Below the pieces are notes generated by a model. That model was not told the DNA's origin, searched no databases, and worked only from the letters and a program-made list of their open reading frames with translations. Shown piece by piece: positions 27,648 through 36,685 of a stretch of DNA of 64,000 bases; within the stretch, counting starts at the first letter, position 1; each line of letters begins with the position of its first letter. Location: assembly GCF_030013595.1 (NCBI RefSeq), contig NZ_CP122772.1; one strand, written 5' to 3'. The stretch is from Escherichia coli. GTDB taxonomy: Bacteria > Pseudomonadota > Gammaproteobacteria > Enterobacterales > Enterobacteriaceae. Made by a program: the position numbers and the translations under genes.

Positions 27648-28880
27648 TCAGCCGCACACCTGCTGTCGTGCCAGTCGCTCATGCATCAGGACCAGCTCTG
27701 CCAGTCGGTAACCCCGCTTCAGCCCCGTAAAACGCATCTGACTTCCGCACAGAATGCACTTCAGCGGGTCAACCTTCAGTAACCTCTGATACATCCCTCT
27801 CCACCTGATTTGCATCGCCGTTTTTCTCACCGTCTCCGTTATGACGTACACAACTTCTTCCAGTAAGCGGCGCTTCACCGGACTCAGGAAACCGTAGTAC
27901 CTCACCATACGGAACCCCTTATCTGCTACATGCCAGGAGAACCTTTCCATGAACTCATCTCCACTCATCAACAGGTATTCTTCCCGTTTTGTACGGTGAC
28001 TGTTGTAACGCAGACCGATTTCATCCTGACCGGCATAATGCTCCAGCCGACTCATCGGCACCGGTGGCTTTTTCAGGTAAGAGCCGAAGTACACCGCCAC
28101 ATGTGTGGCGTTATCCATCACCCTGGATATGTTGACATTCCAGCCGCGGCGGTAATGCGTGTCCAGGAAGCGATTCCAGTCCCGTTTGCTGTTTCCTTCC
28201 ACTGCCAGTTCATCCGGTATTACCAGCTCCGGGTATTTCCGGGACAGTAGCCGCGTTATCCGGTAACGCCACATGCTCATCACCTTACGCGCGTAAAAAT
28301 GAAGATTTTTCCAGGTGTGGCCCGACGTCACACCACCGGCAGTTGTCGATAAATGGATATGCGGATGCCACTGCTGGTCACGCCCCCATGTGTGGATCAC
28401 CGTGAATATCCCCGGCTCCACATCTGTCTGATGGCAGATTTCCAGTATCACATCCGCTGCAATGCGGCTCATCTCTGCCAGTAACCACCGGTTGTGGAAC
28501 ACCAGGGACCAGTACTGGCAGGGAAGTGTGAACACAATATGCTGCCACGGGCAGTCGGGGACCAGGCTCAGCAGATACTGTATCCACTGTGCGCCAGCCT
28601 TCACCCCGCAGTGCGGACAGGAGCGGCTTTTACACCGGAAGCAGACCTTTTTGGTGTGGCAACAGTCCGGTGACGAACAGCACCATTGCGTGTAGCCCAT
28701 CAGCGTGGTCCCGCATGCCATGATTTTTGTCACTGACTCAGTCACCACCGGACGCACTGAACCTTCCGGCTGTTTCTCCAGCCAGTTAAGCCAGCGGTTA
28801 CCCTGCTGAAAAATATCGGCAAAACGGGGAAGCATCAGACGGGTGGGGTAACGCCATCCGGCCAGTGAACTGTGCCGCAT
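27648..28880 (-). CDS. tnpA: IS91-family rolling-circle transposase (TnpA)
   Basis: 410-aa ORF with N-terminal Cys-rich zinc-binding region; identical copy at 34244..35476. Confidence 0.85.
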   Translation of the reverse strand: MRHSSLAGWRYPTRLMLPRFADIFQQGNRWLNWLEKQPEGSVRPVVTESVTKIMACGTTLMGYTQWCCSSPDCCHTKKVCFRCKSRSCPHCGVKAGAQWIQYLLSLVPDCPWQHIVFTLPCQYWSLVFHNRWLLAEMSRIAADVILEICHQTDVEPGIFTVIHTWGRDQQWHPHIHLSTTAGGVTSGHTWKNLHFYARKVMSMWRYRITRLLSRKYPELVIPDELAVEGNSKRDWNRFLDTHYRRGWNVNISRVMDNATHVAVYFGSYLKKPPVPMSRLEHYAGQDEIGLRYNSHRTKREEYLLMSGDEFMERFSWHVADKGFRMVRYYGFLSPVKRRLLEEVVYVITETVRKTAMQIRWRGMYQRLLKVDPLKCILCGSQMRFTGLKRGYRLAELVLMHERLARQQVCG

Positions 28881-29200
28881 TCCGGGCAGTACATACCACC
28901 GGCACTGATACCGGCAAGAATGGTTGCAAACTCCCGCTCCGTACAGCGGGCTATTTCCGGATACCCTTCGTCATCGACACGAACAAACCAGAAGACCAGC
29001 TTTTTGTTTCCTGCATCCAGAAAGAACGGAATACCCAGGTCAGCGCAGCACTCAACGGCATCGTCAAAATTATCAAAGCGCAGAACTTCAGCGTCTTCTT
29101 CGTCAAAAAAATCATCCGGATGAAGTTTCACAACATAGCGGGGAAGTTTGCTTCTTTGTGGTGCGGGTTTGCGTTTACGGGGTTTAGCTGAACGGGCCAT
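28835..29200 (-). CDS. IS91 ORF121 accessory protein
   Basis: 121-aa ORF MARSAKPRKRKPAPQRSK... overlapping the tnpA start; present in every complete copy. Confidence 0.7.
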   Translation of the reverse strand: MARSAKPRKRKPAPQRSKLPRYVVKLHPDDFFDEEDAEVLRFDNFDDAVECCADLGIPFFLDAGNKKLVFWFVRVDDEGYPEIARCTEREFATILAGISAGGMYCPECGTVHWPDGVTPPV

Positions 29201-29622
29201 ATAACTACCTGAAAGACAATGACATTATCTTTTTTTATAACGGTAATTCCAGACCATGACAAGCCGCAGCCGCCAGGCTGCCTACTCGATTCTCTCGTAG
29301 AATGTGTCGTCTGGCTGAACGAAAAAACCGCCTTGGTGGGCGGTTTTTCAAAGGTTTATGGAGTTGGCGCTCGTTGAACCGAGGTAACTGGCTTGGAGGA
29401 GCGCAGCCTCCAAAATAACCTGAATGTCCAAATGGGACAGAGATTATGTAACTGAGGGATTTACTAGCGTTGTTAGAAAGGTGGCTTATCAGGAGATCTA
29501 TAAAAATGCAAAAGCCCAGTTTTTCAACTGGGCTTCGCGGTCCCTCAAGGGGAGAAAATCTGAATGGCCTCTATGGGCTACACAGCTAGTTTAACAAATC
29601 AGTAGGTTGTGTCAACAGTAAA

Positions 29623-30096
29623 CTATTTTTCGGATTCCTGCTGTGCTGGTACAAGCGCAGTTGCATTGATAGCTTTGATTACAGCTTTTTGTAGGTTTGT
29701 GACAATTTCACGTGAAAGTGTCTGCGTTATCCATCCCCTATCTACTGCCATAGGTCTGTTAAGTCGCTGATTACTTACTGTTTGAACCATGTCGCATTTA
29801 ACCCAACTAGTTGTTTGTGGGAAATATTTTGCTGGTTTAATTATCCCCTCAGGTAACTCAACGTGAAGGCCATTATTAAGTTTAGCTGGATCTTTTGTGG
29901 TTGAAATCGGAACCACAATACAGGCATTGCCATTCAGACGCCCATTCAATACAACGACGAGTCTACATTTAATCATTTCTGGGGGAATATGAGCATCGAC
30001 AGCAGTCGAAACTACATCTCCTTTTTCATCTTTCAAGTAGTTTCCGTAATTACACGTGAGAATTTGCCCCACTTTAGGGGAAAAATTTATCGGCAT
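29623..30096 (-). CDS. MazF/PemK/Kid-like toxin-fold protein (157 aa) with no obvious antitoxin
   Basis: Motif order matches Kid/PemK as I recall it: G-Q-I-L near the N-terminus, a hydrophobic VVV/VVP core (CRLVVVL, CIVVPISTT) and VKCDMVQTVS (compare VRCDQPRTID); RBS present. Confidence 0.45.
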   Translation of the reverse strand: MPINFSPKVGQILTCNYGNYLKDEKGDVVSTAVDAHIPPEMIKCRLVVVLNGRLNGNACIVVPISTTKDPAKLNNGLHVELPEGIIKPAKYFPQTTSWVKCDMVQTVSNQRLNRPMAVDRGWITQTLSREIVTNLQKAVIKAINATALVPAQQESEK

Positions 30097-30885
30097 ATCA
30101 GAGCCTTCAGATAGTCAAAGAATAGAACATAGATTACTACACAGGAAAGGCTATGCGCTACATGGCGTATATAATTCTATGATCATGAGGAAGCAGCTCC
30201 TCACCAGGACAGAAAATGCTGTATGTCCAGTCAACCGAAGAATTATAATGGCAACCATGATCATCACAGGAAGAACGAGTAACAGATGGTAACTGCGTGG
30301 GTGGATGTGGCTGATAATGCCGTAAAAATAGGTTTGGGGTCGTTGTTGACTATTTTAGGGGGGGCTGACTCTTAAGCTAACACAAAAGCACGAATTAAAA
30401 AAAGAAGCGGCAGTACAGGGATTAAAAGATAAAGAAATAAGTCAGGTTTAGCCATAAGGAAAGCAGCATTTAAACTCCAGTTTGATGTTTCTACTTTCAT
30501 TTTCTACAACAAAATACACGACACAGAACTCATTAATGCACTGAGGGATAAGGCTAGAAATTCTGTTTCCATGTTTCAGGCCATTGTGAATGAGGAAATC
30601 TGCAACGGAAAGTTTGGCACAGCAAGCCAGTAGCGCAGGACAGAATAACCTGTATGTCAGGTGATGCAGGAAATCTTATTCAAATTATCTGGTGCGGTCG
30701 CAGCTGATAAAGGCGTTGGCCAACGCGCTCGATACAAAGCCGGCGTTTAGATGATTGGTTATTTTACAGTGAGTTATGTCATTTCTGCCGAGGAGAATAT
30801 TGGTGAGTTTTTTTGAAAAATATCACAGTACGTTAAAGGGCAGGAAGCGGTTCACTTCCTGCCCTTAGTTACGTTTCCGCTGTCA

Positions 30886-30981
30886 TCAGTCGATGAACTG
30901 GCGAATCAGTTCCAGAATTGCAATCAGCGCGTTCGCAACGGCGACTACAGCCCTGAGAACGATGATTAACAGATTAATCAT
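30886..30981 (-). CDS. DinQ-like small hydrophobic type I toxin candidate (31 aa: MINLLIIVLRAVVAVANALIAILELIRQFID)
   Basis: Short ORF with GGAG RBS 6 nt upstream, single predicted TM helix, hairpin plus T-run immediately downstream on the minus strand; paralog at 43621..43704. Confidence 0.4.
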   Translation of the reverse strand: MINLLIIVLRAVVAVANALIAILELIRQFID

Positions 30982-31291
30982 CCGTTTCTCCAGTAAAACT
31001 GGAGGAAATCACCGTTGCTTACTCATACACTGCCTGTCACAACGGCTCTCTCGCATTGTTAGGTGTAGAGTGACCTCCTCCTGCCAGAGCACCGAATACA
31101 GCACCACCTGTTTATCCAGCCAGGACTTTAAAATCGTTCATACCCGCAGATACGGGAAGAGCAGGATTACAAGCCAACTACATGACTAACTGACTGATTA
31201 TACGCTACACAAAACACCCGTTACACAACTAAATGTGGTTCCTTAACCACATTTAGTTGCTTTACAGCACCATAGTGAATAAAATGTAAAC

Positions 31292-31380
31292 GTTAGGTGT
31301 AGAGTAACCTTCTCCGGTCAGAGCCACCAACTCAAGGCCGGAAAGCACAAAAAAGCCCGATTACCAGTCGGGCTTTTTTG
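31292..31380 (+). ncRNA. Conserved two-hairpin RNA module A (stem-loop plus bidirectional terminator); sRNA or 3' terminator cassette
   Basis: tccgg/ccgga stem with conserved loop (cagagccaccaactcaag) followed by terminator aaaaaagcccgattaccagtcgggctttttt; related copies at 31950..32018 and 43801..43870 with compensatory stem changes. Confidence 0.4.
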
Positions 31381-31433
31381 TACCTGTCATTCAACTGAAC
31401 TAATCTCAATAAAGATGCATCCAAGAGAGATTT

Positions 31434-31865
31434 TTATTTGGATTCGACGTTAATATCTACACAGAGGAATTTGTATTCAGGATTGTTTATTTCAAAATGT
31501 ACTTTATGCTCACCATCAGGAAATAGATTTGGATTACGTTTACCAATTGAACGAATTATTTCGTTAACTTTTTCCTTAATAAGATCGCGTGATAAATCCT
31601 CATTAAAATCTTCTTTTTTTATTCCCGGAATTATTTCCTTATAAAAATCTTTGATTATTTCCCCTCCTATATTTACTTCATAATCAAAAGATATCTGTAG
31701 AGGTCCAGACATGGTTAGTGTTTTCTTCATTGTTGTCTCTCCCGTGTTGAAATCTAATCCTTGCACTGTACAGTGCAATACATCTAAAGCCCGTACATTA
31801 TTAGGCTTTAGATGTATCAAAGTTATTTTACTAGATAATTGATTTTTATCAACCATGCCCAACAA
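31434..31865 (-). CDS. hypothetical protein (start uncertain; possibly the internal MKKTLTMSGPLQ... start)
   Basis: AT-rich ORF ending just upstream of RNA module A, which would serve as its terminator. Confidence 0.4.
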   Translation of the reverse strand: MLGMVDKNQLSSKITLIHLKPNNVRALDVLHCTVQGLDFNTGETTMKKTLTMSGPLQISFDYEVNIGGEIIKDFYKEIIPGIKKEDFNEDLSRDLIKEKVNEIIRSIGKRNPNLFPDGEHKVHFEINNPEYKFLCVDINVESK

Positions 31866-31949
31866 ACATTCAAAGTATAACCAGATAAGCTGGCTTTTGA
31901 CATAGCCAACTATCTGACTTACTATATAAACGCTGGATATTGAGATTCA

Positions 31950-32018
31950 TTCTCCGGTCAGACAATCAACTCAGAACCGGAAAGCAAAAAGCCCGATTAT
32001 CAGTCGGGCTTTTTTTTG
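31950..32018 (+). ncRNA. Conserved two-hairpin RNA module B
   Basis: tccggt...accgga stem with conserved loop core (caatcaactcag) plus terminator aaaaagcccgattatcagtcgggcttttttt. Confidence 0.4.
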
Positions 32019-32027
32019 CTTTTATCG

Positions 32028-32303
32028 TTAAGCTGCACTACTAACGCGAATATTTCCTGCATTCGATGCGGAATGTACTTCAATATCATTAAGAACACCA
32101 ATTGGATATTCTGTTTGATTAAGCATTATTTCAACATCATGTCCACATTCGCATTCATCTTCAAATTTCATCCAGATCTCCCGTTTTAAACCCGAAGAAC
32201 AATTTTCTGTCTCTTCCCAAACATCAAAATCACTTAAATTAATTTTATGTTCTTTTTTACAACTACTGCACATATACAAAACCATGCTCATTTTACTCAC
32301 CAT
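32028..32303 (-). CDS. hypothetical small Cys-rich protein (CxxC ... CxC; possible zinc ribbon)
   Basis: 91-aa ORF with MCSSCKKEHK and ECECGH motifs; terminator module B directly downstream. Confidence 0.4.
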   Translation of the reverse strand: MVSKMSMVLYMCSSCKKEHKINLSDFDVWEETENCSSGLKREIWMKFEDECECGHDVEIMLNQTEYPIGVLNDIEVHSASNAGNIRVSSAA

Positions 32304-32429
32304 ATATTTTTATCAAAAAAATTAATAATTATGGCACTATCTGAAGACTGACAAACCACCCCTGGTTAATCGGATGCTTCAGACATGCCATTGGATATTA
32401 TATGGAGAACAAGGGATAATCAACTATCG

Positions 32430-33835
32430 CTACTTTTTGGAGGTAAATTCAAACCCTAATTTTCCTGTTGCTTTATCAAGCAATTTAACTTTAGCCGAAA
32501 ATTCTTTATTCGTCCTGGAACTAACAAACCCTTTTAACTCTCCTGTAATACCTTTTGTTAGCAAGGTTTCTACTTGCTTGTCAGAAAGCTCCTTGCCAGA
32601 GAAGTTCTTCCAGATTTTAAATTCACATCCTGTACAGAAATAACCTTTTGGCCTGATAGCAATCTGCTTACCACAGGAAGGGCAGGGAGCATTCAGGCGT
32701 TGAGATTGGCCTGCTGGCGCTGCTGCTTCAATCTTCATCTCGCCCAGGTCAACATCTATAATCATGCCGCTCAGTTCACTGTAAAGCTCATTAATAAACT
32801 CTTCAACCGTCAGATCACCATTTTCAATAGCAGCCTGTTTTTCAGCCCATAATGCTGTCATATCTGGATTAACAGCTATATCCGGCAGAGCATCAATAAG
32901 CGCATATCCGGTATCTGTCGGAATGAGTTTTCCTTTTTCCAGCGTGATATAATTTCTCTTCTTCAACGTTTCCAGAATCGCTGCACGGGTAGCTGGTGTA
33001 CCAATGCCGCCATGTTCATCTTTTTTGTCTTTATCTTTATCCTTCAACAATTTTTTAATCGTTGGGTCAGTGACAAAATCCGCGACACGAACAAGCGCAG
33101 CAAGCAAGGAGGCTTCAGTAAATAATGGCGGCGGTGTCGTTTTTTTCTCATTAACTACAACTTCTTTTGTCGTCAGTGTTTCTCCTGTGCGAACTTTACA
33201 GAGTAGTTCAAAAGCGGAATCATCGTTATCTTCTGATTCACCTTCGTCTGTGGTTTCCGCACCAAGAAATGCCTCAAATCCGCTGTCAGTTGTTTTTCTG
33301 GCACGAGCATAGAACGACTCATCACCACACTGAATGGCAACCGATACTTCCTGGTATGCTTTTTCAGGCATGAACTGAACAAGATAGTGTTGTGCGATCG
33401 CAAGGTAAACATTGCGCTCGTCGGTGCTGAGTGCGTTAACATCAGGCACACTGGCAGTCGGGATTATCGCAGTATGCGCAGTCACCTTTGCACTGTTAAA
33501 CGCCTTGCTTTTACGTGCGGAATCAATATCCAGCGACTGAGGAAATACTGATTTCAGGGCATCGATAACCTGCGGCGCTTCGCTGAATTGTTCATCAGAA
33601 AGATATGAGCAATCAGAGCGGTTATAAGTAATCGCTTTATATTTTTCACGTAATTGTTGCGTAATATCCAGCGTTTTTTGTGCCGTCATTTTGAACTTTT
33701 TGTTCATGTATTGCTGGAGTCTGACCAGGTTAAACGGCAACGGCGCAGCCGTTTTTTTATCATCAGTTGCTGCCGCTTCAACGGTAGCCGGTTTTCCTGC
33801 AAGGGATGCAGCCGTTCCGTCTGCCCACGCTTTAT
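32430..33835 (-). pseudogene. topB: DNA topoisomerase III (TopB-like) gene truncated at its 5' end by IS91 copy 2
   Basis: Translation has type IA topoisomerase features (GGIGTPATRAAILETLKKRNYI; C-terminal zinc ribbon CPSCGK...CTGC) but the first ~20 codons of the ORF derive from the IS91 end sequence; the N-terminal part of the enzyme is missing. Confidence 0.7.
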
Positions 33836-33923
33836 CGAGTAGGCAGCCTGGCGGCTGCGGCTTGTCATGGTCTGGAATTACCGTTATAAAAAAAGATAAT
33901 GTCATTGTCTTTCAGGTAGTTAT

Positions 33924-34289
33924 ATGGCCCGTTCAGCTAAACCCCGTAAACGCAAACCCGCACCACAAAGAAGCAAACTTCCCCGCTATGTTGTGAAACT
34001 TCATCCGGATGATTTTTTTGACGAAGAAGACGCTGAAGTTCTGCGCTTTGATAATTTTGACGATGCCGTTGAGTGCTGCGCTGACCTGGGTATTCCGTTC
34101 TTTCTGGATGCAGGAAACAAAAAGCTGGTCTTCTGGTTTGTTCGTGTCGATGACGAAGGGTATCCGGAAATAGCCCGCTGTACGGAGCGGGAGTTTGCAA
34201 CCATTCTTGCCGGTATCAGTGCCGGTGGTATGTACTGCCCGGAATGCGGCACAGTTCACTGGCCGGATGGCGTTACCCCACCCGTCTGA
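33924..34289 (+). CDS. IS91 ORF121 accessory protein
   Basis: Identical to the ORF at 28835..29200. Confidence 0.7.
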   Translation: MARSAKPRKRKPAPQRSKLPRYVVKLHPDDFFDEEDAEVLRFDNFDDAVECCADLGIPFFLDAGNKKLVFWFVRVDDEGYPEIARCTEREFATILAGISAGGMYCPECGTVHWPDGVTPPV

Positions 34290-35476
34290 TGCTTCCCCGT
34301 TTTGCCGATATTTTTCAGCAGGGTAACCGCTGGCTTAACTGGCTGGAGAAACAGCCGGAAGGTTCAGTGCGTCCGGTGGTGACTGAGTCAGTGACAAAAA
34401 TCATGGCATGCGGGACCACGCTGATGGGCTACACGCAATGGTGCTGTTCGTCACCGGACTGTTGCCACACCAAAAAGGTCTGCTTCCGGTGTAAAAGCCG
34501 CTCCTGTCCGCACTGCGGGGTGAAGGCTGGCGCACAGTGGATACAGTATCTGCTGAGCCTGGTCCCCGACTGCCCGTGGCAGCATATTGTGTTCACACTT
34601 CCCTGCCAGTACTGGTCCCTGGTGTTCCACAACCGGTGGTTACTGGCAGAGATGAGCCGCATTGCAGCGGATGTGATACTGGAAATCTGCCATCAGACAG
34701 ATGTGGAGCCGGGGATATTCACGGTGATCCACACATGGGGGCGTGACCAGCAGTGGCATCCGCATATCCATTTATCGACAACTGCCGGTGGTGTGACGTC
34801 GGGCCACACCTGGAAAAATCTTCATTTTTACGCGCGTAAGGTGATGAGCATGTGGCGTTACCGGATAACGCGGCTACTGTCCCGGAAATACCCGGAGCTG
34901 GTAATACCGGATGAACTGGCAGTGGAAGGAAACAGCAAACGGGACTGGAATCGCTTCCTGGACACGCATTACCGCCGCGGCTGGAATGTCAACATATCCA
35001 GGGTGATGGATAACGCCACACATGTGGCGGTGTACTTCGGCTCTTACCTGAAAAAGCCACCGGTGCCGATGAGTCGGCTGGAGCATTATGCCGGTCAGGA
35101 TGAAATCGGTCTGCGTTACAACAGTCACCGTACAAAACGGGAAGAATACCTGTTGATGAGTGGAGATGAGTTCATGGAAAGGTTCTCCTGGCATGTAGCA
35201 GATAAGGGGTTCCGTATGGTGAGGTACTACGGTTTCCTGAGTCCGGTGAAGCGCCGCTTACTGGAAGAAGTTGTGTACGTCATAACGGAGACGGTGAGAA
35301 AAACGGCGATGCAAATCAGGTGGAGAGGGATGTATCAGAGGTTACTGAAGGTTGACCCGCTGAAGTGCATTCTGTGCGGAAGTCAGATGCGTTTTACGGG
35401 GCTGAAGCGGGGTTACCGACTGGCAGAGCTGGTCCTGATGCATGAGCGACTGGCACGACAGCAGGTGTGCGGCTGA
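34244..35476 (+). CDS. tnpA: IS91-family rolling-circle transposase (TnpA)
   Basis: Identical 410-aa translation to copy 1. Confidence 0.85.
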   Translation: MRHSSLAGWRYPTRLMLPRFADIFQQGNRWLNWLEKQPEGSVRPVVTESVTKIMACGTTLMGYTQWCCSSPDCCHTKKVCFRCKSRSCPHCGVKAGAQWIQYLLSLVPDCPWQHIVFTLPCQYWSLVFHNRWLLAEMSRIAADVILEICHQTDVEPGIFTVIHTWGRDQQWHPHIHLSTTAGGVTSGHTWKNLHFYARKVMSMWRYRITRLLSRKYPELVIPDELAVEGNSKRDWNRFLDTHYRRGWNVNISRVMDNATHVAVYFGSYLKKPPVPMSRLEHYAGQDEIGLRYNSHRTKREEYLLMSGDEFMERFSWHVADKGFRMVRYYGFLSPVKRRLLEEVVYVITETVRKTAMQIRWRGMYQRLLKVDPLKCILCGSQMRFTGLKRGYRLAELVLMHERLARQQVCG

Positions 35477-35656
35477 GAGCCGCAGAGGGGAAGTTGCGTC
35501 CATTTTACCGGAAACGGAGCAAAAAACCGCCATTCATACCCTGTATCAATCAGTGTCATCCTGTTTAATAGTCGTTTCCGCTCATATGGTGCACAAGGGG
35601 TGTTGAAGAAACATCCGTTTTGTGGTGCTTTTTTAGTCTTTTGGGGATTTAAATTC

Positions 35657-35773
35657 CTATCGATGAACAGAAAGAACCTGGTAGAAGGTTACATTGGTTT
35701 GCTCATAGCCCCATGATGATACAAAGATATCACCAACAGAGACAGTATCATTTTTAAAAGTTAATACTTTCAT
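35657..35773 (-). pseudogene. 5' fragment of a gene (MKVLTFKNDTVSVGDIF...) truncated by IS91 copy 2
   Basis: ATG at 35773 with GGGAGC RBS behind the duplicated promoter/operator cassette; the frame runs into the IS91 end and stops after 38 codons. Confidence 0.45.
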
Positions 35774-35774
35774 T

Positions 35775-35868
35775 TTTAGCTCCCGCCCAGCTTGGGCTCT
35801 GGATGAAAGAGAATCTGTTTCCCTTTCCTGTGTTTTATTATACCTGCATTTGCAGGTATGGCAAGTTA
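35775..35868 (-). promoter_or_regulatory. Duplicated promoter/operator cassette, copy 1, with inverted repeat atacctgca-tt-tgcaggtat (35841-35858)
   Basis: ~95-bp near-identical repeat of 36686..36782, located ~70 bp upstream of a minus-strand start codon. Confidence 0.5.
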
Positions 35869-36087
35869 TTTTTTTACCAGCCTGTAAGACGGATGCATAT
35901 TTGCTAATAACAATAAATACTGATATTCACCAATAGATAAAGAACGACTGGCCTTACCTGCACTTTCTTTCATCTGCCAGGAATTCAGTTGATAACCAAA
36001 AATATCAGCAGCTTCTTTAAGAGTAAGACCTGCCGCAACCCGCGCATTCTTTACTTCTTCAGGTGTAGGTTTATTCTGCATTTTCAT
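35866..36087 (-). CDS. HTH (XRE-like) DNA-binding protein, 73 aa; possible antitoxin/regulator
   Basis: Contains ...ARVAAGLTLKEAADIFGYQLNSWQMKE..., an HTH-like segment; overlaps the upstream 85-aa ORF by 17 bp. Confidence 0.55.
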   Translation of the reverse strand: MKMQNKPTPEEVKNARVAAGLTLKEAADIFGYQLNSWQMKESAGKASRSLSIGEYQYLLLLANMHPSYRLVKK

Positions 36088-36328
36088 CCCCTTTTGTCAG
36101 ACAATCACACAAAACCCCATTATCCAGAAGCATCAATGATGCCAGGTTGAGTTTTTCGTCCATTATCAATTTTCTTACTGTTTTCCTGCTTTTAGTTTTA
36201 TCAATCGTCTTAACATATTTTAAGGCGTGAAAAACCGTATCCCCATCTTCATCCATCGTTCTGATTACATAGGAGTAATTACCTCTGTTTTTCTTAATTA
36301 TCTTATCTTTATCCATATTATTCCTCAT
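36071..36328 (-). CDS. hypothetical 85-aa protein, co-transcribed upstream partner of the HTH protein (possible toxin)
   Basis: Overlapping gene pair with toxin-first, HTH-second arrangement as in HigB/HigA-type modules; no sequence-level assignment. Confidence 0.4.
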   Translation of the reverse strand: MRNNMDKDKIIKKNRGNYSYVIRTMDEDGDTVFHALKYVKTIDKTKSRKTVRKLIMDEKLNLASLMLLDNGVLCDCLTKGDENAE

Positions 36329-36360
36329 AACTAAAAAAGGGGCTTAATGCCCCTTTTTAT

Positions 36361-36684
36361 CTATAACACGGTATGTAACCCTGTTTCCTGTGTAAATAAA
36401 CGCGCTAACTGATCACAATAGATATTATCGAATCTTGAAATATCTTTAACTTCAACACCACGTACACGAGAAAATTTCACCTGGTACGTATCAGTAAAAT
36501 CCAGTTTAATTTTTACTAAGTTGATGCCTTTCATTGCAAAATTTGACGGCAAACGGAAAGTTAACCCACACTCACCGTTTTCATCAAAGTAAGAAAAACT
36601 TTTAGCACCAGTCATAACAATAAAACGATTACCACCAAGTTGACGTAAAATCTCTGTGGCTACAGATTTAGCATAGTTTTGCAT
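36361..36684 (-). CDS. hypothetical protein (~107 aa from ATG 36684)
   Basis: ATG preceded by GGGAGG; first gene behind promoter/operator cassette copy 2. Confidence 0.5.
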   Translation of the reverse strand: MQNYAKSVATEILRQLGGNRFIVMTGAKSFSYFDENGECGLTFRLPSNFAMKGINLVKIKLDFTDTYQVKFSRVRGVEVKDISRFDNIYCDQLARLFTQETGLHTVL

Positions 36685-36685
36685 T

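Larger units (their letters stand above)
27460..29288 (-). mobile_element. IS91-family insertion sequence, complete copy 1 (~1829 bp)
   Basis: Contains ORF121 and the large HUH/Y2 transposase ORF; shares both ends with the other copies; CTTG (27456-27459) abuts the ori-side end. Confidence 0.85.
33836..35664 (+). mobile_element. IS91-family insertion sequence, complete copy 2 (~1829 bp), inverted relative to copy 1
   Basis: Identical ORF121 and tnpA translations to copy 1; GAAC (35665-35668) abuts the ori-side end. Confidence 0.85.

Noticed and set aside
30893-31189. 98-aa plus-strand ORF
   Set aside because: Runs antisense through the DinQ-like small ORF and the repeated box sequences; low-complexity translation; the small minus-strand peptide with RBS and terminator is the better model.
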